Origin: Schmidtea nova
Taxonomy: Eukaryota
Length of the DNA: 64,000 nt
Direction: 5' to 3'
NCBI GenBank assembly: GCA_044892505.1
Contig: CM097883.1
Coordinates: forward strand, 31,186,001 to 31,250,000
Position numbers and translations under genes: made by a program. Below are positions 39,864 to 51,140 of this stretch, one piece after another. The notes below the pieces were generated by a model that ran no database searches, was not told the DNA's origin, and saw nothing but the letters and a program-made list of their open reading frames with translations. Each line of letters begins with the position of its first letter. Position 1 is the first letter of the stretch.

Positions 39864-40301
39864 TTAACATAATATTTCACAAGTACTAATGAGAATTTAT
39901 GAAAACTCGATTTTATCATTCACGTACTGTAATACATAGAAACCGAGATATCAATTATAGCTTTGGTGCGGAACTTTTTATCAGTTTCATTCAATAAACT
40001 CGATTTTTTGTATGTTTATAAGAAAGTTCATCATTTTTTCGGGGTTTCAAATTAAAATCTCAAAAAAAGTTAAAATGTCATTGGTCTAGTGTTCACCGTA
40101 TACAACCTTCTTTACACCAATTTTCGTAGTTTAAAAGTAACTATGATACTGTGTTAATTCAAAGCTGATACAAAATTTTAATATGAACATTTTCAAAGTA
40201 TTGAAAAATCATTAAAAAAACAAAAATAAATAATATAAGCAAATGAAAACATTTATTAAAGATAAAATGTATAGTTCAAAGAATTATTTAAAAAATCCAA
40301 T

Positions 40302-41495
40302 TTAAACTAAGGGAAAGCTGGCAGCTGTGGAGATTCCACACTGATTGCTTTTGTCCTTTGACATTTTGATGTATCCAGAAATACCCCAAGAAATACCCCA
40401 GCTAAACAAATATTATATCCAAAAGCCTCCATTCAAAAGATGTATACCTATTCTTTACCAACCAATAGTTGACTCCATTATCTGATCCGTAACCAACCGC
40501 CAAAACTCCATGATCCAATTGCTCAGATGAACATTCGGGTTCATTGTAAACGCCTCCCCTTAAATAAAATAATAAAAATAACATTCTTTGTTAATAATTT
40601 GATCCATACTTGTACAATTGGAAGCTGTAGTTACTAGCATCGATGCCCACCGATACCGGTCCAACCGTTGCGACAGCGACTGCCAAATCCGATTCATTTC
40701 CTTGCTTAATATCAGTAAACCCACTGCATGTTCCAACTACTTTTGATCTGTCATATTTACATTTTTCATCCTAAAAATATATTTTGGCAGTCATTGAAAG
40801 TTGAAAATGAAAGGGATCTCACAGTTGCAGTATAAGGGTAATCTCTCTCCGATTCAAGGCCGTATTTCATAATATACTTGAACGCGTTGTCCATTAATCC
40901 TCCGCCGCATCCTTCGTTTCCAAAAGCATCACTGCAGTCTACTAATTGTTGTTCAGAGAAACTGACTAAACTTCCAGTTTTCCTAAAATGTTGACCCTCA
41001 AGAGATCCAGTAGTCGAGAATGCCCAACATGATCCGCATTGTTTCTAATGAAGAAACGTATAGAACATTTGAAAACAAAATACCAACTTGATCTTTCACT
41101 GGTGTTACGTATCCTTTTGTTCTCCAATCCACAGATGTAGGCAAAGCTCCGATATTTTCTGGAGCCATAAATATGGACCCTTTCCGTGATGATCTAGTCA
41201 TTCTTCTCCCCAAAAATTTGGCTTTGAATTCTTCATTAGTTAAATCCGCATGTTCATTCAATCCCAAGTAGTAAGTGTGCTTTCCTAGATCATACTCGAG
41301 GTTATGTTGCCTAATATATTTGAGATTTTGTTCCCAGATGATTCTTCTTGTGACTTCCGTGAGGGGTTCATATTGTCTTTTGAACTGTGTCTTGTATAGT
41401 TCCCATTCTTCATTCAACTCACTGTTGATCGTGAGTGCACCATGTGCAGCATGAATTGCAATCAGACAAACGGTAAATATAATAAATGTTTTCAT
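40302..41495 (-). CDS. ctsl: Cathepsin L-like cysteine protease, 5 exons, 333 aa, intact
   Basis: Exons 41495-41088, 41044-40823, 40770-40610, 40558-40448 and 40401-40302. GT-AG introns of 43, 52, 51 and 46 bp with consistent phases; 1,002 nt total. Signal peptide, I29 prodomain (ERFNIN-like, GLNEHAD), catalytic [13 protein letters not shown] and KNSWG. AATAAA about 45 bp after the stop. Confidence 0.96.
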
Positions 41496-43581
41496 TTTTT
41501 AAAAACCATATTTAGACAAATCATTATATAATGTCCTTTTTATCAAGGTTCAAGATCTAGCTTGTGATTAGGCGTGTGATGAAATGAATATTTCATTTGA
41601 TTAGTCTTCGGTGTCAGGTGCATAAGGTTTCGNNNNNNNNNNNNNNNNNNNNNNNNNNNNNNNNNNNNNNNNNNNNNNNNNNNNNNNNNNNNNNNNNNNN
41701 NNNNNNNNNNNNNNNNNNNNNNNNNNNNNNNNNNNNNNNNNNNNNNNNNNNNNNNNNNNNNNNNNNGCAGCATTAAGTATTAAATTAATTATAAGTAAGT
41801 AACAAAATAAGCCTTTGCTGCAATAAAAATTTATTAATAGAGAAAAATGTCGATTAAAAAAATAATCCTTGTCAATCCCTAATTCGACATATAACTGGTA
41901 ACTTCATTCAGGACTTCAGTAAATATTGTTTGTTGTGCTGAATTGTCATCTTCCTTTGTGCATTGATTAGCAATCCTTTGTCTCATGAGTTAGCGAAATC
42001 GCCCACTTACTATCTTGTTAAAAAAATGTGGTTCTACAAAGAAAAAAGGAAAAAAGGTAAGAAAAGAGGTAAAACAGAAAATAAATGAGCATTTCAATAA
42101 AATATAAAATTAATTAACAAAATTCAAATATNNNNNNNNNNNNNNNNNNNNNNNNNNNNNNNNNNNNNNNNNNNNNNNNNNNNNNNNNNNNNNNNNNNNN
42201 NNNNNNNNNNNNNNNNNNNNNNNNNNNNNNNNNNNNNNNNNNNNNNNNNNNNNNNNNNNNNNNNNNNNNNNNNNNNNNNNNNNNNNNNNNNNNNNNNNNN
42301 NNNNNNNNNNNNNNNNNNNNNNNNNNNNNNNNNNNNNNNNNNNNNNNNTATGAGCAATTATTAATTATTAAATAATTAATACATAACAAAATGAAAAATT
42401 AGGCGCAAACTAATACAAAAATAATTTTATTTAAATTATTATTGTTTAAATTAAAAATTATAATTATTGATAATTATTGATAATTTTCATAATTATTGAT
42501 AAATTAAAAAAAATTTTTATAATAAAAAAATAAAAAAAGAACTAAAAGAAGCAATAACTATTGAAAAAGTCATTTTAAATATTTTTCCTAATTGAAAACA
42601 TTTTTATCTATATTCTGTAAAAATCAAAATAAGCAATAACAAATAAAAGTCAAATGTCAAAATATTTATAACAAAACTAACAGTTAAAGGGTAAAACTGT
42701 TCGAATAAATGCTAAGACATGAATAAATTCCATCATCACAAATAAATTCATTAACAATTCCCCCAAATTTGCCCGCCACTGACGGCTGCGATTTTACCCA
42801 CATTTGAGTTTCAAACTGATTTTTGCATAACTAATGCCATTAAAGTAAATGAAAATGAACCGAAATCATAATTCTGCATTAGCTGGATCAAATTAATAAT
42901 TTAAACGTAATTTGTATTCAATTCTTGCTTCAATGCGCAATTATGCAGGGGTCGCAGTGAAGGAAATAATTTAATCCAATATTTTTCAAGAATGGGGGGG
43001 GGGTTGCTAACAGAAGGTTATCAGTATTTCTTAGAGTTTTCTTAGCCTTTTAGAGGCAAATAGACGACATTATCATTTAGTAATTAGATATACAACAATA
43101 TAAGGAGCAACCGGAATTTTATAAATGTTTTTTTTGTTTAATCTCAGTTTTTCCTCTAATATTTTATAAACATTTTTATTTTCCTTATAAAATAAAAGAT
43201 AAACTATTTATAATAAAGGGATAAATAAAAAATAAAAAATCAAATATTATTACCATTATTATCTCCTATTTTTACCTTTGATCCTTTCATTTATATTTCA
43301 GAAATTTTCATTTAATTAAAAACTACCCTTTAAAAAAAATTAAAAATATTTGTTCAAGAAAAAAAGAAATAAATCACTGAAATATAAAATGTTGACAAAC
43401 AATATCAATGTCATTGAAGATCATTTCACAATATTAAAAAAACGGTTTTTAAATTTAAAGAAATAAAATATGTCTTAAAAAGTCTTTATAAAAATAATAT
43501 GTCGTACCTGAAAGAAAAATTAGAAACAACTTATGCTGACTTTTTGGTTCATTTTGTCCATTTCTGAATTTTGTAAGGGTG

Positions 43582-43968
43582 TTTTCAGAATGTTTAAAAA
43601 TTTGTTTAACGAAGATTTATAATAACCCAAAAATTTGCAAATAAATTTAAGAACCCCAATGAAAAGAAATCTAAGATGGAAGCATCACAGATCACACACA
43701 AATGAGAGACTTTTCAGAATGTTTAAAAATTTGTTTAACGAAGATTTATAATAACCCAAAAATTTGCAAATAAATTTAAGAACCCCAATGAAAAGAAATC
43801 TAAGATGGAAGCATCACAGATCACACACAAATGAGAGACTTTTCAGAATGTTTAAAAATTTGTTTAACGAAGATTTATAATAACCCAAAAATTTGCAAAT
43901 AAATTTAAGAACCCCAATGAAAAGAAATCTAAGATGGAAGCATCACAGATCACACACAAATGAGAGAC
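43582..43968. repeat. Tandem triplication of a 129-bp unit
   Basis: Units start at 43582, 43711 and 43840 and appear identical. Confidence 0.95.
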
Positions 43969-44064
43969 TTAAAATTTTAATTTTAGAAATAAATTTAGTA
44001 AGAACAATAGCGTTTTAAAATTATTATTTTTTTGTGGTTCAAGTGAATATTTTAAAATATAATA

Positions 44065-44091
44065 ATATAATTAACAACAGACGCCAATCCG

Positions 44092-44148
<57 letters not shown>

Positions 44149-44730
44149 CACAATATATTTCGAGAACTTAATTCTCATCATCAGTTGCTATTCATTCGTT
44201 CATTCCAATATAAATAAAATAAATTGATTTCCAAACAAATTAATCGTAATTCTTTTAAAAAATATATATTATAATTTTATAAAATAGCCAAAACATTTAA
44301 AACGATAAAATTATTTTTTTAATTTTTTTAATTTAAATAAATTAATCTTAAAAATTTATATTCTCTTTTATTTTTTAAAATATATATATTTTTAAGGATA
44401 TTTTCAAAACATTCCCATATTTGTACACAACAGAATGATTGAAAACAAAGTTCATAATCATCAATTGAAAATGCTCTAATACTCTAGTACAGAGAAGACG
44501 GTCAGCCTTGTCCAAAGTATGTGGCATTTCACCCATGACATTTGAAAAATTAAACGAGTATATAATAAATATCAAAAGAAAAAAATAAATTAAATAATAT
44601 CAAAAAAATAATATAAATTTATTTGATTGATACTGGAATGATTAAATGAATAGCACGTGATGATGAGAATGAAGTTCTCGAAATATATTGTGCAGAATAT
44701 ATATTTGGATTGGCGTTTGTTGTTAATTAT
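44065..44730. repeat. Inverted repeat pair (~44065-44225 and ~44612-44730), MITE/foldback-like
   Basis: Shared CACAATATATTTCGAGAACTT...CTCATCATCA and ACGCCAATCC in opposite orientations. The left arm carries an expanded (TA)n. Confidence 0.7.
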
Positions 44731-47110
44731 TTTATTGTCATGTTTGTTGTGTTATGCATTGACGAAAAATAATTTAAAATGAAAGGCCGTTTTCACAATG
44801 TTTATAAAATAAATTATTTCGAAAATTTTAAATCAACCAAAGGTTGAAAATGATTATCAAAAAATGTTTGTGTTGCTATTTCAAAAATTCAAAAATAATT
44901 TTAATAATTTTTAAAATTAAAAGTAAAAATGTCACATGACTATGACGTAATTCTTTAAAACACATCAAATTTAAAATAAAAACAATATTATCTTTGAAAT
45001 AATTTCTAAAATTTTAAAAAAAATTTTAAATTCTAAAACAAATATAATTTAAAAAATTAAATCTTTTCTATGGAATGACACTTTTTGATCAAAAAATTCT
45101 TTATAAGCTATTTGGTAATTTTTTTAAAAATAATTTTTGTTTAAATATTTTTTTGTAAGAAATATATTAATTAATATTTAATTTTAAAAATTAGATTTTC
45201 CAAATTAAAAAATTTATTTACATTTTTCAGATTTTTTCATTTGATTTTATTATTTAGACTTGAATAATTATGAATAATTATTTTTTTAATTGAAATAAGA
45301 AAACAATTTTTTGTAACCTCTTTTTTTCTAGTCTATTGCTGTTGACTCTTACAAATGTGTTCACGACCGACGAAAGGGTTTAAGAAACGGGAAAGACCAA
45401 AAGAGTTTTATGGATCCATTAAAGAAAAAAAATGGGTCCACTGTAAATTTATAACAAATTAATTATATTTCCGTGACAGTAAACTGCCTTGACAACACCA
45501 GATAGCTATTATTCCATTCTTGTTGATATGCATTTGCGTTTTAATGATTAAAACAAATACATTTCACAGTTGTTACTTATGATAATACCCAACTAAAAAT
45601 TTTTTTCCAATGGAGAATTAAATTTTTATTATTTATAAATACATGGACAAATCGGAAAATTTAAATTCGAAGCAAATTTTCCGGAGATAAGTCTGATTAA
45701 TTTCTTATTAATTAATTAAATTTAATTTAATTTCATCAAAATCGATAACTAATAAATAATATTTTTGCTGTCGGGTTGAATGGCGTTCAAGTGTGAAAAT
45801 TTCTGTTGCATAAAAAACTGCTTTGCGCGCTACTCCAAGATTTTTCCACATTCAAAATACGGCCGAATTCGGTCTGAAATTTGGCAATTAAAAATCTCAT
45901 AGTCAGTTGCCTACCCTCTATTATTATTATTTTTGCTTTTCTAGGCAAGATTAATGTTCACCGTTTGTGAAAATTGGAAATTTGCCAGCAAAATAAATCG
46001 GGTTATGAGAAACCGTTGATAATTCTTGATGCGATTTCTCACTGGAAATTAAAACAAAAAAAATGAATATTATAAACTGTAATTTTAATTTAAATTTTCT
46101 TCAGATTCAATTATGACGTAATTATTAGTGAAGTCAATATAAAATTTGTTTTTGTTGGCAGCAATATTAGATCTNNNNNNNNNNNNNNNNNNNNNNNNNN
46201 NNNNNNNNNNNNNNNNNNNNNNNNNNNNNNNNNNNNNNNNNNNNNNNNNNNNNNNNNNNNNNNNNNNNNNNNNNNNNNNNNNNNNNNNNNNNNNNNNNNN
46301 NNNNNNNNNNNNNNNNNNNNNNNNNNNNNNNNNNNNNNNNNNNNNNNNNNNNNNNNNNNNNNNNNNNNNNNNNNNNNNNNNNNNNNNNNNNNNNNNNNNN
46401 NNNNNNNNNNNNNNNNNNNNNNNNNNNNNNNNNNNNNNNNNNNNNNNNNNNNNNNNNNNNNNNNNNNNNNNACTCTCCACAACTGTATAATTATCTACTA
46501 ATTATTATAAGTAATATATAAATTTTATAAAAATAATTTATTTATTATTAATTAATTATTTTAAAGTTAATTTCTTCTGAATCTAAAAAATAATGATAAA
46601 TAAATAATACTGAATTAAAAAATCATATATATATAACGCTGTAAGATGGTGTTCCGATCGTTAAAAGCTTAAAACACAATTTGTTGGGACTCTCTGTCTA
46701 ATATTAATTTTGTCATTAGAAGTTGTTGAACAATAAAAGAAGAAAAATTGATTTTAAATCCATCTGAGAATCATGCATTCTGATTGAGATTTGGGCAAAT
46801 GTGTGTCAATTTGACGGGCTTCAAAGAATCATGCTCGTTTAGTTTGTGTCACCAACCATAAAACATATTTATAAATTAAGTTATTGTACATCGCCCTTTC
46901 ATACGCCAATTGAGGGTCATTTTTAATTTATTATCTATTACTATATTACTTTAATTTACAATCTAAATCTCGAATTTAATAAGCACTTTTCCGGTTTTAT
47001 TGATAAAAAACACGTATGTGTGAATATTTGGGTTTATTTTGCATTAAATTTTAAATAGAATTTATTAATGATTATATTTTAAATATATTATACCACACAA
47101 TGACTTAAAT

Positions 47111-47570
47111 CAATGGTTCACAACCTCTTTTATCATGCGTACCCTAAATCACTAACCTAGAAAAAACTGTGCCGTTTCTGGAAATAAGTTCTAAACTGTA
47201 TATTCAAAAGATAAAAATATTCGTAACAAAGAAAAAAGCTTGAAATATGCATTACAAAAAATAACAAGAAAAAAGTATAACAGAAGCTTTTTAATGAGAT
47301 GGTTGGGCTTGCTCGGATGTAATGCTGAAAAATGTAATGCATTACACTTTAACTGTAAAAAATGAAGAATATTTGATTAAAAAAAGAAAATTTCTTTACG
47401 CTAGCACATAATCTTTGGACTTTCTACTACTCATAGATTATATTTTCCATTTATTTCTTAAAGATCTTTATCCAGAAAATTTACTGCATACCTCTAGGAA
47501 AATTTCGCGTACCTATTAGAAGTTTTAGCGTAGCTTCTAGGGCTTGCATAACACAGGTTGAGAACCTCTG
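47111..47570. mobile_element. hAT MITE
   Basis: TIR CAATGGTTCACAACC / GGTTGAGAACCTCTG. Exact 8-bp TSD ACTTAAAT (47103-47110, 47571-47578). Confidence 0.9.
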
Positions 47571-48004
47571 ACTTAAATCAATGCGTAACAAGGTCAATTA
47601 ACGGAGAATTAAAGTGAAATTAAACAAACTTGTTTATAGAAATTAATTTTAATAACAAACACACACTTAATTCCCACAAAAGTTAGTTTACACACAAACA
47701 CTATAATCAGTGGTCCTTAAATCTTAGGGAGGGGTAAGTGACTCAGATGTGACACATCATACTACTATTATTTAAAAACATTTCCTGTAAAGAAAAAAAG
47801 AAACAAGACAAAGTGCATGCAATTATCTATTACCTGACACAATGAGCTGTGAGCAAAGCTCCGGTTGATTCGTAAGATATAACGACTGTGCCACCACTAA
47901 AATGAGAACAAAGTGTTTGATATAATCATAGATTTCAGTATAACATCACATTGTTACATCATTGAAACTTGATGTTTTATTAGTTATACATTATCATAAA
48001 CAAT
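47376..48004. repeat. ~630-bp inverted duplication, right copy
   Basis: Reverse complement of 39233-39863. Confidence 0.92.
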
Positions 48005-48067
48005 GAGACAAACTCATTTAAGTCATTTATCTAATTTTAAATTAAATTATAAATCTTCTTGTTTTCG

Positions 48068-48960
48068 CGAACAAGATATGGAAAAATTCACAAGATCGAC
48101 AGTTTTCAGTTGGGCCAAAAAGCTAAACAAGAGTCAAAAACTCGAAAAAAGAGACACAAAAGGTGTTTTTTCAGGTCAATTGACATATAGTCTAAACAAA
48201 CAGACGAAGAAAAGATTTCCAGTAAGAGCATTCAAAACATATGGTATTAATGACTTTTGGCAAATAAATTTGGTGGAAATGATTTTGTATACAAAGATCA
48301 ACGAGGGATAAAATTGTATTTTAACATGTATTGATGTTTACAATAGATTTTCTCAGGCAATTCCCACTAAAGAATGTCAGCAAATGAAATGGCGATAGAA
48401 ATCAAGACAACGTTCGTAGATGGACATCAAAGAATTTACAAACTTATTTTGGGAAGAAAATAAATATTATGCATATTTAATTTTAAAATTAGGTAAAGAA
48501 CTTTACAACATTAAAGTCAACGAAGTTTTAGTCGGGTTTAATCATCACTCGGTATTTTCTCAATTCAAAGCAGCTCATGTTGATCGATTTAATCGAACAT
48601 TAAGAGATTGACTCAAAAAGTATTTCTTGCATCAAGGTAATAAAACATGGATAAATGTATTACCAAATTAGTTCTTGGTTATAATCATTCGTCACATAAA
48701 CGTATTAACGGAAATAATCAAAAAAATAGTTTTTTCGTCAAGAAAAAACAAAAAAACCAAAGTATAAAGTTGGTGATCATGTTCGAATTAGTAAAATCAG
48801 CGCTTCGCCATTCATCAAATAAATCTATAGCAATTCGATTGATGAGGTATTTCAAATATCAAAAATTAATAATAGTCAAGATCCTGCCATATATAACTCT
48901 GACAATAATGTAGTTAGTAGGACATTTTATAAACAAAAATTACAAGTTATACCCCCCGAC
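48068..48960 (+). pseudogene. Polinton/Maverick-type retroviral-like integrase, degenerate
   Basis: YSLNKQTKKRFP...GINDFWQINLVEM...*NCILTCIDVYNRF, HVDRFNRTLRD, WINVLPKLVLGYNHSSH and KYKVGDHVRISK. Multiple stops and frameshifts. Confidence 0.85.
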
Positions 48961-49019
48961 TGTATGTCTTTTGGCATAGATATCAAAACCCTTTATAGAT
49001 TTCGTCAAAAGATCTAATA

Positions 49020-49170
49020 GAATAAATTTCTATATTATTCTACTAAGTAATAGTTGTGCGCTAATACATCCAGAAAAACAAGTCAGTAAATTCACGGACA
49101 ATATTTAAAATCTAATTTATTTAAATAGTAATTGGGAAGGTGCATTGCAAGATTTCACGTGTATAATACA
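49020..49170 (+). pseudogene. N-terminus of a conserved Polinton ORF (possibly minor capsid/penton)
   Basis: NFYIILLSNSCALIHPEKQVSKFTDNI*NLIYLNSNWEGALQDF resembles the recalled FYxTLPSN...FP.N..S.F....L...WEVAL start of a Polinton gene that commonly follows the integrase. Confidence 0.5.
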
Positions 49171-51140
49171 TTCACATTTTATAGTCAATTTAAAATTGAT
49201 TACAAATGAATTGAACCGAAAACATGTGGTGGTTTATTCATTATCAACAATGTTGATAGAATCTACGATATTCCCAAACATCAACTAGATCAACATTTTA
49301 ATGTGTTTTGACAAACGGATTGTTAAATATTAATTGTGATTTACACCGATCGTAATTTTATTTGAAAATATAGAAGCAGCAAATTGAGCTTTATGTTGAT
49401 CAAATTCACCAACTACAATTTCATGCTTCAGTAAGATTGCTTATTGATTTTTAACTTTATGCTTTAGATTTAGAAGAAATCTCCGGCATCATTTTTTCTA
49501 TTTTCTTTTTTTTCGTCGGATCTTTTAAATTGAAATTTATTCATTTCGTTTATTGTGGAGGAATTTGCAGAATTCACTTTTTTTTCTAAGTGTTACATTG
49601 AAAATAAATGTATTAAGCTTGTTTTGTTCTTTTTTAATTTTGTAAGTTTAATGGATTAGTTTTTCCGAAACACTTCTTTTTTCTCATCTAATGATATATT
49701 TTACTTTTTATATGTAGAAACGTGTTCCTGTTATTTAACCCTAGAACTACCGACCGGTCAAAATGACCGGTAGCATCAATTGTTCACAAGACTTTCTCAT
49801 TATTTTTCATTTAATATTTTATGATAATATTATAACTCTTTAAATTTATGTATTTAATAATATTATAAATTTTATTTGTTCCCCCCTCTTCATTTTTCTG
49901 ATTTACGTATGTGGTATACCTAAATATACCGACCAGTCAACATTACTGGGAAATGAAATTACTGTTTTATTACAAATCTTTCAGAATTTTGTAGTTTTTT
50001 GTGATTCATGTTTATTTATTTTTTATTTATCTTTTACGTACGTACAAGTCATTTTCTTATTGACAGTCGTTGTGTGCAGTTGAAATACATATTAGAATTT
50101 TGTGAACAATTGTGTAGAATATATTTCTTTTAAATTTTACATTATTGTTGCTCGCATGGTAAGTGGATTGTGTATATTTTTATTATTATAAAGGAAAATA
50201 TTTTTAGAATATTCTTTTCTTTATAACTCTTTACCCTAAAAATACCGAGACATCCAAAAATATCTAAACATTTAGAGGACATAACAAATATAAGAGAAGA
50301 ATTTTCTGATATCGATGAAAATGATTCTGATTCTGAAAATGGACTAGCAGATATTTCTGAGGATCAATTACAGAAAGAAGACTTGTAAGTTTCCTCAGAC
50401 AGTAAGAGTGAACATTTTCAATATTCGTAAACCAAGAAGAAGTTTAAGATACCATCATTTCTGGATGAGTGTAACCGTATGCAAACTGAAATAGCTTCTG
50501 ATTGAACTATCTGGAATGAAATAATAGCTGGATCCACTCCAGGAAGAAGATCAATTAATCCCGTTTTCAAAGAAGTAATTGGACCTACAGGGTATGCGAA
50601 ACAAAACATAATGAAAGATAAGGTAACTAGTGCTTTTTGTTTGATAATCAATCAAACCATATTATAACATGAACAAACTAGAAGTTTTACGAGTTCTTGG
50701 TAGAAAATGGGACCTATCTCAGGAAGGATTTTTCTTGTAATTTTATATGCAAGTGCTTAAAAAGCTGTGACCTAGAAATTATCTTATTTATGGTCTAAAC
50801 CATGGGTCTTAAAAAAGCGGCCCGCGGGCCGCATGCGGATCGAAACGAAGCACATGGATTTTGTAATTTAACCAAACTTATATAACAATTAAAATCATGA
50901 TTAGCTTCAAAATATAGAACTTTCTTTTAAATTATTTTTATTTGAACGATTGCGTCTGCTTACAACTCAATAAAAGCTTCACTACGTAATTCTAATAATA
51001 TAATTGAAAACAGTTTATTTATTCTTTAAAACTTTTCATTTGTTTTATTAATAATAATTTGCATATTTAAATTTTTTTTAACCCATTACAAAATGACTTC
51101 ATTCCCTAAAAAAGACAAATTGTTGATTATTAATCATTGT

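Noticed and set aside
40998-41087. C-terminus of ORF 40998-41495 ([10 protein letters not shown]...)
   Set aside because: Read-through into intron 1 and an off-frame part of exon 2. The spliced model restores the catalytic QCGSCW.
41543-46490. ORFs containing X runs (also 14681-14962 and 63372-63602)
   Set aside because: Artefacts of translating N gaps.
39233-48004. Pack-type transposon with 630-bp TIRs carrying cathepsin L
   Set aside because: Not called as a feature. No TSD flanks the pair, and one end of the repeat falls in the middle of a MITE, which true TIRs would not do. Kept only as an inverted duplication.
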